From a virus (taxonomy: Duplodnaviria > Caudoviricetes): 64,000 bases of DNA. This document shows positions 41,636 through 51,202 of the stretch, piece by piece. The stretch lies in IMG/VR virus record IMGVR_UViG_3300010340_000989, positions 1 to 64,000 of that record. The stretch is one strand, 5' to 3'. A model generated the notes under the pieces. The model ran no database searches and was not told where the DNA came from. It saw only the letters and a program-made list of their open reading frames with translations. The position numbers and the translations under genes are program-made. Within the stretch, counting starts at the first letter, position 1. Every line of letters starts with the position of its first letter.

Positions 41636-41644
41636 TAATATATA
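41636..41644 (+). promoter_or_regulatory. putative late promoter TAATATATA
   Basis: Recurrent motif. Confidence 0.6.
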
Positions 41645-41669
41645 TTTGAATAATAATAAAAATTCATAA

Positions 41670-44600
41670 ATGTCTCATTATCCAAAAATATTTGATTATG
41701 CCGGGAGTGGTGGAGGTGGAGGTTTAACTTTTTCCGGACAAAACTATGTTATAGTAGAATCGGTTAATACTGGAGTTCCTGCTACGGATGGAGTAACTAA
41801 TGGTAATAGATTATTAAATGGGTTAATCCAATTAAATTCTCTCGACTGGGGTACTCGATCTTTAAATAGTATGGGTAGTCTATTATTAATGCCTGGAACT
41901 TATAACTTAGTTGATCAGACAATCACTATGATTGATTTTACCAATATAGTTGGTATATCCACTAATCGTAGAGATACTATTATTACCGCAGATTCGATGG
42001 CAACAAATCAAAACCATATCTATTTTGGATCAGGTATAACTGCTGGATTACAAAATGTTGAATTGATTGCTGATGTTGCAAATGATGCAATAATGTTAGG
42101 AGGTGATGATACATCATTTCCTATTATTGAAAATGTTTATTTTGGAAGTGAGAATATGCTTGTTAATTCATTATTTAATTTTGGATTTAATAATTTGATT
42201 GGTAAATATGACAATTGTGAGTGGATTAGTGGGATTAATTACGCATTTTCATCTAATCAAGATATATCAGCAACAATAACTGATGTTAAAATGGGTGATG
42301 TTAGTTTCGGATTTTATGCTTTAGATAATATATCAGGAACTATTAGTAATATTAGAATGAATACTGTTAATATTGGATTTGTTTCAAATAATGGGGATAT
42401 ATCAGGGACAATAACTAATGTTATTATTGGTAATGTTAGCTCAGGATTTTATTCTTCATCAGATATCTCAGGAAAATTAACCAATATTAAGATTGGTGAT
42501 GTTATTAATTATGCAATAGGTTCAAGTGGTAATATCTCAGGAAAGATAAATAATGTCAGAATTGGTGAGGTTAGTACAGGAGCATTTTATGCTACTGGTA
42601 CTTTTTCTGGGATAATAACAGATGTCATAATGGGAAATGTCAGCGGTACAGCATTTCGTTCTCAAACTGGTAATATATCAGGATTAATAAGTGATGTTAT
42701 AATGGGTAATTTTGTTGGTAACGGATTTCGTGCTAATACTGGTGATATATCGGCGAAGATAACAAATATTACTATGGGTAGTGGTAATAATGCATTTTAT
42801 GCTGTTAATAAAATATCAGGAACTATGAGTAATATAACAATGGGTGATATTACTGGAATTGCATTCCGATCCGGTGCTTCTATAACAGCCGAAATAACAA
42901 ATATTAATATAGGGAATGTTACAGGCAAATCTGTATTTGAATCTAATAGTGATAATATATCTGGAAAAATTAATCATATTACTATGGGTGATGTTGGATA
43001 TGCGTTTAACACACCTTCTGGTGATATATCTGGAACAATAAGTGATGTTATTATGGGTGATGGTGATATTTCATTTTACTCACTTGGTATAATTTCAGGA
43101 GTAATATCTAATATTACAATGGGTAATTTTTCTAGCGCATTTTCTGCACTCTATGGTATTGAAGGTATAATTAGCAATATTACTATGGGTGATATTACTA
43201 ATTATGCCTTCAATACTGATGGTGATATATCTGCAAAAATAACTGATGTTATTATAGGTGATGTTACCACTGCATTTTTAGCTAATGATGCTAATATTTC
43301 TGGAATAATAACTAATATTTCAATGGGTAATGTTCTTAACGGTTTTTCTGGAAATTTCATATCAGGAACTATGAGTTATATTAAAATGGGTAGTTCTACA
43401 AACGCATTTTCTGCTGCTAATGATATATCTGGAACAATAACTAGTGTTATTATGGGAACTGTTAGTAGTTCATTTTACGCAAATGATTTTTCTGGCACAA
43501 TAAATAATGTTACAATTGGAACTGTTAGTACTAGTGCATTCAATATTATTAATGAAATATCAGGGAAAATAAGTAATATTAATATAGGAAATGTTACTGG
43601 CACCTATACATTTAATATTGGTACTTTTTCAGGAACAATAACTGATATTATGATGGGTGATGTTAGTTATGGATTTAGATCTATTGGTAATATGTCAGGT
43701 AAAATATCTAATATTACGATGGGTCATTCTATTTATGCCTTTCGATCTCAAAATGGTGATATATCTGGAATAATAACTGATATCATAATGGGTAGTGTTA
43801 GTGTAGCATTCTTCTCTCCAGGAAGTATTTCCGGAACAATAACTAATATTACTATGGGTGATGTTAGCACTTATACATTCTATACTAGTGAAGGTGATAT
43901 ATCTGGAAAAATAAACAATATCACAATGGGTGATGTTAATAGTAAGGCATTTTGGTCTTATACTGGTGATATATCAGGAACAATTACTAATATTACTATG
44001 GGTAATGTTGATTATGCATTTAGAACAGATAGTGGTACAATATCTGGTATAATAGGTGATGTTATAATGGGTGATGTTAATAATTATGCTTTTCTTAGCA
44101 ATAATGGTGATATATCAGGAACAATAACTGATATCATTATGAATAATGTTTCTATTACAGCATTTAATAGTAACCTTGCAAATATATCAGGTGTAATAAG
44201 TAATATTAGTATGTGTGGCGTTTCAGCGTCGGTATTTAATACATCAGGTGATATGTCAGGATCAATATCTAATATAATAATGGGAGATTGTGATAGTCCA
44301 TTTGATATATCAGGTGATATATCAGGAACAATAACTAATATCATAATGGGTATTAGCACCAATGCCTTTTCTGGATCTGATATCTCAGGTAAAATAAGTG
44401 ATGTAATTATGGGAACAACTAGTACATCATTTCTAACAACCACTGGTGATATATCAGGAGCCATTGATAATATCAAAATGGTAGGATTCGGAAATGGATT
44501 TCACTCAACAGGTAATATATCTGGAACAATAACTAATATTATTATGGGTGATGGTGATATTGCATTTTATGCGGAGACAGGGAATATTTCAGGGAATATA

Positions 44601-45554
44601 ACTAACATAAATATGGGATCTATTAGCGGCAATGCTTTTATTACTTCGGGGGATATATCTGGAAATATAATTGATGTTACAATTGGTACTACTCATTATA
44701 CATTTCAAAGTATCGATGTATCTGGAAATATTAAAAATATCAATACGAATGATGTACAGAATACCACATTTAATATTTCTAATCTAATTTCAGGAACAAT
44801 AACTGATATTATTATGGGTGATGTAAATACATCATTCACATTTAATTCATTAACTGGAATAGTAGCTAATATTATTATGGCGACGGTGAGTAGTGATGGG
44901 TTTCATGGAGGTGATATATCAGGTAAAGTATCTAATATTAAAATAGGTAATGTTTTGGGTACCGCTTTCTTTTTTGATACATTATCAGGAATAATAACTA
45001 ATGTTAATATTGGTAATGTTACTGAACAAATATTTTATGCTACCAAGGATATATCAGGAGAAATAAGCTATATAAATGCAGGAAATTGTAATAGTGGATT
45101 CTATTCTAATCTTGACATATCGAGTCAAATATCCAATGTTAATATGGGTATTATTTATAATTTTCCATTTTTTGCTAATGGTGATATCACCGGAATAATA
45201 AATTATATCAATGTATCTACTAATCCAACTTACTCATTTTATGCAAATAACATTTCATCAACAATGAGTTATATTAATTCTAACGGTGGTATTTATACCG
45301 GTGTAGATTTTAAAGGAAAATTAATAAATTGTGAATTCGATTGTAGAGGGAAAGGGATAACAGTAATTAATAATATTAATTCTAGCGCAGTAATTGAGAG
45401 ATGTAAATTACTTGCAGATTCTGGACAATATTCTATATCTGCTCCATCATCTACTAGTGTTAAAATAGTTTATACAGCTACAAATAGAGGATTTAATAAC
45501 GTCACATCATCGTTATCACCTAATTATAATATCAATAGTACGTCTATTATTTAA
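41670..45554 (+). CDS. beta-solenoid repeat protein, paralog 3
   Basis: Same architecture as paralogs 1 and 2. Confidence 0.75.
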   Translation: MSHYPKIFDYAGSGGGGGLTFSGQNYVIVESVNTGVPATDGVTNGNRLLNGLIQLNSLDWGTRSLNSMGSLLLMPGTYNLVDQTITMIDFTNIVGISTNRRDTIITADSMATNQNHIYFGSGITAGLQNVELIADVANDAIMLGGDDTSFPIIENVYFGSENMLVNSLFNFGFNNLIGKYDNCEWISGINYAFSSNQDISATITDVKMGDVSFGFYALDNISGTISNIRMNTVNIGFVSNNGDISGTITNVIIGNVSSGFYSSSDISGKLTNIKIGDVINYAIGSSGNISGKINNVRIGEVSTGAFYATGTFSGIITDVIMGNVSGTAFRSQTGNISGLISDVIMGNFVGNGFRANTGDISAKITNITMGSGNNAFYAVNKISGTMSNITMGDITGIAFRSGASITAEITNINIGNVTGKSVFESNSDNISGKINHITMGDVGYAFNTPSGDISGTISDVIMGDGDISFYSLGIISGVISNITMGNFSSAFSALYGIEGIISNITMGDITNYAFNTDGDISAKITDVIIGDVTTAFLANDANISGIITNISMGNVLNGFSGNFISGTMSYIKMGSSTNAFSAANDISGTITSVIMGTVSSSFYANDFSGTINNVTIGTVSTSAFNIINEISGKISNINIGNVTGTYTFNIGTFSGTITDIMMGDVSYGFRSIGNMSGKISNITMGHSIYAFRSQNGDISGIITDIIMGSVSVAFFSPGSISGTITNITMGDVSTYTFYTSEGDISGKINNITMGDVNSKAFWSYTGDISGTITNITMGNVDYAFRTDSGTISGIIGDVIMGDVNNYAFLSNNGDISGTITDIIMNNVSITAFNSNLANISGVISNISMCGVSASVFNTSGDMSGSISNIIMGDCDSPFDISGDISGTITNIIMGISTNAFSGSDISGKISDVIMGTTSTSFLTTTGDISGAIDNIKMVGFGNGFHSTGNISGTITNIIMGDGDIAFYAETGNISGNITNINMGSISGNAFITSGDISGNIIDVTIGTTHYTFQSIDVSGNIKNINTNDVQNTTFNISNLISGTITDIIMGDVNTSFTFNSLTGIVANIIMATVSSDGFHGGDISGKVSNIKIGNVLGTAFFFDTLSGIITNVNIGNVTEQIFYATKDISGEISYINAGNCNSGFYSNLDISSQISNVNMGIIYNFPFFANGDITGIINYINVSTNPTYSFYANNISSTMSYINSNGGIYTGVDFKGKLINCEFDCRGKGITVINNINSSAVIERCKLLADSGQYSISAPSSTSVKIVYTATNRGFNNVTSSLSPNYNINSTSII

Positions 45555-45895
45555 CTATACAAATAACTTTCATATTTTTCCTCTTGATTTAAATCAATTT
45601 GAATATTGACTTCCTTTAAGGCAGTTTTAAATTGAGCAACTACTAAATTCATATGATCAAATTCTTCTTGATTTAATAAATTATCAATAACTAATTCTCT
45701 TTGATCTTCAATTGAAAATTTTGGACCGCATTCAATTTTTAAATCAATGGAATATCCAACTTTTCTTCTTAAAAAATTATTAATCATTTGATAATAAACA
45801 TTTTCCTCTTTTCTATACTTTTTAAATAAAAATATAGAAAAGATAACCATACGAGTTATGTGATTATGATTTATTTGTTGAACATCTAATTTCAT
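45551..45895 (-). CDS. hypothetical protein (internal tag-like RELVIDNLL)
   Basis: ORF track; ATGA overlap. Confidence 0.65.
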   Translation of the reverse strand: MKLDVQQINHNHITRMVIFSIFLFKKYRKEENVYYQMINNFLRRKVGYSIDLKIECGPKFSIEDQRELVIDNLLNQEEFDHMNLVVAQFKTALKEVNIQIDLNQEEKYESYLYS

Positions 45896-46128
45896 GATAA
45901 AATATTATCAATTTTTAAATCTCTAACTTCATCTTTACTTAAAAGATCTTTAAAATCAAATTTTGAATGACAGTCACCACAAGTAGGGTCACCATTTAAA
46001 GTAGAATAAACATTACCGGAAAGAGAAAGACATTTCGGACAATATAATTTACCAAAGGATTTCATCTCATTCATCTTTCTTATTCTATAATAAATCTCAG
46101 AGTGATTTCTACTTAAAATACCTTTCAT
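45892..46128 (-). CDS. zinc-ribbon protein with C-terminal tag
   Basis: CPKC...CGDC; ends RDLKIDNILS; likely start ATG46128 (track TTG overlaps promoter TATATTTG 46183-46190). Confidence 0.7.
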   Translation of the reverse strand: MKGILSRNHSEIYYRIRKMNEMKSFGKLYCPKCLSLSGNVYSTLNGDPTCGDCHSKFDFKDLLSKDEVRDLKIDNILS

Positions 46129-46170
46129 ATATTTATCATATGAAAAAAAGCCTACATAGTTTATCAACTT

Positions 46171-46202
46171 TTGTATGTAATACAAATATATACATGTATA
46201 TA
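46171..46202. promoter_or_regulatory. twin palindromes, putative operator
   Basis: TTGTAT-gta-ATACAA and perfect TATATACATGTATATA upstream of RHH gene. Confidence 0.55.
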
Positions 46203-46212
46203 AAATTAATTT

Positions 46213-46395
46213 ATGGCAAAAGATAAAATGATGAGTCTCAGAATGCCTGAGATTTTAATTGAAGAGTATAAAAAATTCTGTGAGGAAAATTCATTTACAA
46301 TGTCTAAAAGACTTAGAAAATTAATGGAATCAGATTTAGAAAGATGGAGAAAATATCAATATGATAAAAAGAAAGAACCTAAATCTACAGATTAA
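46213..46395 (+). CDS. ribbon-helix-helix DNA-binding protein
   Basis: MMSLRMPE.L.EEYKKFC...TMSKRLRKLM pattern. Confidence 0.7.
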   Translation: MAKDKMMSLRMPEILIEEYKKFCEENSFTMSKRLRKLMESDLERWRKYQYDKKKEPKSTD

Positions 46396-46405
46396 TATAT
46401 AGTTA

Positions 46406-47161
46406 ATGATATTAGGGTTCAATAAATTTAGAATAAAAAAATATTGTTTTCTTTTAGGAATAAAAGACTATAAAATTAATAAAGATAATTCAATTGATGT
46501 GAATGAATCTGTTAATTTGACTGATTCTTGGACTAGAAATTCTGCTAATTATTCTTGGGACGATAAAAAAGGAAAAAGATGGTTTAGAGATAAATTACCT
46601 ATTAAATTTGGAAAAGTTAATGGAAACTTTAATATAAGTGGGTGTTTTTTAAAAACATTGGAAGGTTGCCCTACACATGTAGAAGGAAATTTTGATTGTT
46701 TAAGTAATAAAAATTTAGAATCTCTTGAAGGATCGCCTAAATTTGTAGGTGGTAAGTATAATGCAACTTCATGTAATATTAAATCTTTGAAAGGTATATC
46801 AAATAATATATCAGAATTATACTCTAGAAATAATCCTCATCAACATCTACATGATATTTCATTAAATTTAGGGTTTAATGATAATTTAATGGATCTTATT
46901 GATTTTCCAGATTTTCTAAAAGGTAATTTTTCATTCAGGGATTGTCCAGTTGAGGAAATTTTAAATTTATTTAATATAAGATCTGTATATAAGGGATCTG
47001 GAATTTTTGATACTGAGAATGAGAAAATAATTCATTTAATTAATGAATTTGATGTAATACAAGGTAAAAATATTATTGAGGATAGACTAATTGAAATTTA
47101 CCATATATTAGATTTGGAAATACCAAGCTCTTTTAATTTTAAAAACTATAATTTAACATAA
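46406..47161 (+). CDS. LRR-like (xLEGCPxxVxGxFxC) repeat protein
   Basis: Paralog of 60583 and 61220 including EFDVI.G..DRL.E.YH C-terminus; TAATATATA at 46393-46401. Confidence 0.75.
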   Translation: MILGFNKFRIKKYCFLLGIKDYKINKDNSIDVNESVNLTDSWTRNSANYSWDDKKGKRWFRDKLPIKFGKVNGNFNISGCFLKTLEGCPTHVEGNFDCLSNKNLESLEGSPKFVGGKYNATSCNIKSLKGISNNISELYSRNNPHQHLHDISLNLGFNDNLMDLIDFPDFLKGNFSFRDCPVEEILNLFNIRSVYKGSGIFDTENEKIIHLINEFDVIQGKNIIEDRLIEIYHILDLEIPSSFNFKNYNLT

Positions 47162-47931
47162 TGTATTCAAAAATATACGACTTTTGTAAAGTTAAAAATA
47201 CCGGTTTAGCTTATAAAAATGGACTCGAACAAACTCCTCGTGTTCAATGGATAGTTAAATTATTAGAATCTAATAATATTGAATATATTATTGATGAATG
47301 GGGTTCAGTTAGTAATAAATTTTATAATATAATTTTACCAGGTAGTTCTGGTAAATTTGTCACAGCTCATCATGATATAGTTAATCCAGCATCTGATAAT
47401 GCTAATGATAATTCAGCTTCTGTTATTAATGCAATAATGACTAAAATAAATTTACCATCTACAACTGTAATTCTTTTAGATGGTGAAGAGATTGGTGGTA
47501 AAGGGTCACAAAGAGCATCTGAAAAAATAAATGCTGGTGAATATGGTAATTGTGATTGGATTTTAAATTTTGAATTAACTGGAAAAGGTGGTCATCATTT
47601 TTTTATTGGAAATAATAAAAATATTTTAAATGATCATATTAAATCTTTATTTAATTGTCCGGTAGTTCATACACCATTTAATGATTCAGTTATATTCAAT
47701 AATAATGGAATTATATCAACGGTAATAAATCCATTACCACCATTGAGTAAAGAAGAAAGTGAAATTAGGTCTTTTTTAAGAAGATCTCCAGAAGTTTTAT
47801 CATATGATGGAACACCACTTGATTTTTCTATTCTTTATAATTGCCATTCAATGAAAGACAGCTTAGATACAATTGATCCAAAAGACATGCAAGACTTTGT
47901 GGAAAAAGTTGCAATGAAAATATTATCTTAA
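47161..47931 (+). CDS. M28-family zinc peptidase
   Basis: AHHD, ANDNSASV, DGEE, NFE, CHS..D. Confidence 0.8.
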   Translation: MYSKIYDFCKVKNTGLAYKNGLEQTPRVQWIVKLLESNNIEYIIDEWGSVSNKFYNIILPGSSGKFVTAHHDIVNPASDNANDNSASVINAIMTKINLPSTTVILLDGEEIGGKGSQRASEKINAGEYGNCDWILNFELTGKGGHHFFIGNNKNILNDHIKSLFNCPVVHTPFNDSVIFNNNGIISTVINPLPPLSKEESEIRSFLRRSPEVLSYDGTPLDFSILYNCHSMKDSLDTIDPKDMQDFVEKVAMKILS

Positions 47932-47934
47932 CTA

Positions 47935-48042
47935 ATGAAGAATGTAAAGTTATATGAAGAATTTATATCATTTCAATCACTTGTTAATCTTGTAAAAAAG
48001 ATTGGTGGTATTTTCTATATAAAAAATTGGACTAAATATTAA
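47935..48042 (+). CDS. 35-aa peptide with capsid-targeting-like leader
   Basis: Not in track; MKNVKLYEEFISFQSLVNLVKKIGGIFYIKNWTKY*, TAATG overlap with next gene. Confidence 0.55.
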   Translation: MKNVKLYEEFISFQSLVNLVKKIGGIFYIKNWTKY

Positions 48043-48443
48043 TGAGACATTTAAAAAAATTTGAAAACACACAAGAAGAAAATATCTTCAAAAGAGATGA
48101 AATAGGTGATATTATAAATGAATTCGCCGATTCTTTTGATATTGAAGAAGTTGATGATATAATCATATATCCAGATATAGATTCGTATGGTTCGGATCCC
48201 TCTACATTTTTAGGTGAATTATCTGAAATAGATCATGGTATAACCACATCTTTTAAAATTTATATTCCATATGATTATGATTATTCTGATTTTAATGACT
48301 TATGCAATACATATATCAAAACATTTAATACTCTTAAATCATTAAATGGTAAAATGGAAATGTTTAATGTTGAAATTTTAGAAGATTATTTTTTTATAGA
48401 TTTTGATTCAACTTCAATAGTAATAGGTTTACAAAAAATATAA
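48042..48443 (+). CDS. acidic protein with capsid-targeting-like leader
   Basis: MRHLKKFEN. Confidence 0.7.
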   Translation: MRHLKKFENTQEENIFKRDEIGDIINEFADSFDIEEVDDIIIYPDIDSYGSDPSTFLGELSEIDHGITTSFKIYIPYDYDYSDFNDLCNTYIKTFNTLKSLNGKMEMFNVEILEDYFFIDFDSTSIVIGLQKI

Positions 48444-48448
48444 GTATA

Positions 48449-48868
48449 ATGAAACATCTTAGAAGATTTAATGAATCATATATTAATACAGATGAAATAA
48501 AAAATTATATCTATGATATTTTTTCTGATTTAGATGATTATAATATAAAAGTTCAATCTTGTAAAGAAGATATTGGTGTTCTTTATTTCAATGTAGTTAA
48601 AAAACATCTTGAGTTTCTATATAATAATTATGATATTACTGAAATTATAGAAATATCTATTAATAAAAAATATTATGAAGGATCATTAAATTATAAATAT
48701 TTTAAAGAGATGAGTGGATCTTTAATTAGTTATATGTTATCAGAAGACTTTGATTATATAATAGAACCTGTTTATCCACAATCAGTTGGAATTGGATATA
48801 AACTCAATAATATAAGTGAAATTGAAAATATGGAACTTGTGAGTCTAAATTTTAGATTTTTTCAATAA
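48449..48868 (+). CDS. acidic protein with capsid-targeting-like leader
   Basis: MKHLRRFNES. Confidence 0.7.
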   Translation: MKHLRRFNESYINTDEIKNYIYDIFSDLDDYNIKVQSCKEDIGVLYFNVVKKHLEFLYNNYDITEIIEISINKKYYEGSLNYKYFKEMSGSLISYMLSEDFDYIIEPVYPQSVGIGYKLNNISEIENMELVSLNFRFFQ

Positions 48869-48897
48869 TATAGAATATGAATTCAAAAGGTTATTAA

Positions 48898-49065
48898 TTA
48901 TGATAAATTATTTATCAATAAATTTTCTATAAAATCTCTTACCTTTATTTTTTCTCTACCACAATAATCCTTTACTTTTTTATGAATTTCTTTTGAAATT
49001 TGAAATGTAGATAGTTTTGAGTTATATTCTTTTTTCTGTAAAATATAGTTTTGATTTTTTTCCAT
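48898..49065 (-). CDS. 55-aa ribbon-helix-helix-like protein
   Basis: Not in track; ...LSTFQISKEIHKKVKDYCGREKIKVRDFIENLL. Confidence 0.55.
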   Translation of the reverse strand: MEKNQNYILQKKEYNSKLSTFQISKEIHKKVKDYCGREKIKVRDFIENLLINNLS

Positions 49066-49117
49066 AGGGAGAAAATTTATTTTTATATATAATTATATAA
49101 AAATAAATTAAAAAGTT

Positions 49118-49853
49118 ATGAATAAGAGGGGAACTTGGACATACCAAAGATGTAAAGAATTGGCATCTCTATTTAATAGAAGAATGAACTTTTATAAGGA
49201 ATATAAAGTTGCTTATACAACCGCTAGTAAAAATGGATGGTTAGAAGAAATATGTAAACATATGGATTATAATCAAACTCCACCAGGAACCTGGATATGA
49301 TAAATGTAAATTAGAAGCAATTAAATATAACAGTAAATCTGAATTTCAAAAGAAAAATTACAATGTGTATCGAAGAGCTTATGATAATGGATGGATAGAT
49401 GATATATGTGTACACATGAAATCTATTGGTAATTTATATAAAAGAATGGTCTATGTTTATATTTTTGAGGATAAATTTTTTTATGTTGGTTTAACCTGTA
49501 ATAAAGAAAGAAGAAAGGAAGAGCATTTAAAAACAAATACATCAGTTTACAATCATATCAATAAGACCAAATCAAAATTTAAATATATTGATTTAACTGA
49601 TTATATAGACGTTAATGAATCTGTTATTAAAGAGAAATATTTTTTAGATAAATTTAAAAAGGATGGGTTGATTCCTCTAAATAAAAATAAAACAGGTGGA
49701 TTAGGAGGAGGTGTAAAAAAGTGGAATTATGACACATGTAAAGAAAAATCTTTATTATGTAAAGGTAGATATGAGTTTTCAAAAAAATTTGGAAGAGCTT
49801 ATAAGGAATCAAAGCTTAATGGGTGGATTGATGAATTTTTTCCAAAAAATTAA
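49118..49853 (+). pseudogene. frameshifted GIY-YIG homing endonuclease
   Basis: Repeat WxYxxCK...GWxxxIC.HM continues across a frame change at ~49295 (TGG A TAT GAT AAA TGT); VYVY..YVGLT..R..EH in downstream part. Confidence 0.75.
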
Positions 49854-50695
49854 TAATTAAATATTATAATTTCTTTGGTTTCTTTTTTACTACCACTTTT
49901 ATTTATCTTTTCATAGTTGAAATTTAGCTCTTTATAATTAAATCCATCTGAAATAAGTTTATCTAGAATCCAAGTTTTTTTACCACCATGTTCTATTACA
50001 CCAGATATCATAAAAGATGAATTTAATTTGTTAATTTTATGACAAAAATCATATAAATTAATATCATCATTTTTATAATAAAAATTATTATATCCAGCTT
50101 CAGATATTTGTTTATCACCAATATTTCCATCTGTGTTTTTAATATATCCGTAAGGTGGATCCATATAGTAAAATGTATCTCTAGTAATAATCATTTCATT
50201 AAAATTTTTTGATGAAAAAGTTATTTTATCAGAGAATTTTCTGATATGTTGAATAAATTTTGAGACTTTTGTCTCGGTGTTGGAATTCCAAGATCTTTTA
50301 CCCCAAGTTTGATTAAATTTACCCCTTTGATTGAATCTAATCAAGTTAGAATTACAACTTAACATCAAAGCCCATAATTTAGAAGGAGTAGGGTTCAAAT
50401 TGTAACTATCTCTTAACTCAATAAAGTCTTTTTGGCTTATTTTTAAGTTTTGACAAATAGATTTAGTTTCAGTTATTATATCATCAGAATGTAATAATGC
50501 TTGATGAATGCCAATTAAATCTTTAATAACATCATTAGCAATTAATTTATCATATTTATCTACAACATTTGTATAAACAGAACCACCACCACAAAAAAGA
50601 TCAACAAAATAAGGTTTTGTATAATCAAATTCGGGTAATAGTTGTTCAAGTAGTTTAAACTTCGAACCAGTGTAGTTAAATGGTGTCTCTATCAT
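49850..50695 (-). CDS. Dam-like N6-adenine DNA methyltransferase (D12 class)
   Basis: YTGSKFKL, DLFCGGGSV, FNQ.G.FN, YMDPPY. Confidence 0.9.
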   Translation of the reverse strand: MIETPFNYTGSKFKLLEQLLPEFDYTKPYFVDLFCGGGSVYTNVVDKYDKLIANDVIKDLIGIHQALLHSDDIITETKSICQNLKISQKDFIELRDSYNLNPTPSKLWALMLSCNSNLIRFNQRGKFNQTWGKRSWNSNTETKVSKFIQHIRKFSDKITFSSKNFNEMIITRDTFYYMDPPYGYIKNTDGNIGDKQISEAGYNNFYYKNDDINLYDFCHKINKLNSSFMISGVIEHGGKKTWILDKLISDGFNYKELNFNYEKINKSGSKKETKEIIIFNY

Positions 50696-50903
50696 TTATA
50701 TCATTTATTTCTTTTATTAATTGTTTTTCAATTAATGATATTGTATCAATACCTGAAAGCGAACTAATATCATTAGCCATTGCGGCTGTCCATTCGGATC
50801 TAATTGATCTACCTATAGCTTGAATACTTATACTCTTCAAAAAAGGTTTTTTATTATTCTTAGCTTCTTTAACTTTTTTAATTAAATCTTTAATTTCATT
50901 CAT
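50676..50903 (-). CDS. 75-aa protein resembling an isolated segment of T4-like major capsid protein gp23
   Basis: ISIQAIGRSIRSEWTAAMANDISSLSGID....IEKQL..EI vs gp23 consensus V.A.SR.LKA.[WY]T.E.AQDL.A.HG.DAE.EL...L..EI (recalled). Confidence 0.55.
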   Translation of the reverse strand: MNEIKDLIKKVKEAKNNKKPFLKSISIQAIGRSIRSEWTAAMANDISSLSGIDTISLIEKQLIKEINDINDRDTI

Positions 50904-51202
50904 GGTTGATAGATAGTATAATATGCTGTTAATTCATCACCTGGATTAATATCTATAAGTGTTTTTAATCTTAATTGTTTTATTTCATTATCAATAGATT
51001 CAATTATTTCACAGTTTGGAGTAATTGAATGATTAAAAAAACCACCAAGTGGTAATCTTATATAGTTATCTGGAAATCTTTCATCGTAGATGTGTGTCAT
51101 TCCAAGGTCTGTTTCAGATGGAATAAAATCAGTTGAAAATAATCCTAATCCTTCAATTTTTGAATCACTAATTGTTAAATTAGTTGGTAGTGGTCGATAC
51201 AT
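50900..51202 (-). CDS. SET-domain protein (putative lysine methyltransferase)
   Basis: SKIEGLGLF, FFNHS..PNC, DI.PGDELT..Y. Confidence 0.88.
   Translation of the reverse strand: MYRPLPTNLTISDSKIEGLGLFSTDFIPSETDLGMTHIYDERFPDNYIRLPLGGFFNHSITPNCEIIESIDNEIKQLRLKTLIDINPGDELTAYYTIYQP

Noticed and set aside
33782-45554. CRISPR array or diversity-generating retroelement
   Set aside because: Repeats are degenerate, in-frame and protein-coding; no reverse transcriptase, adenine-specific TR/VR pair or cas genes in the window.
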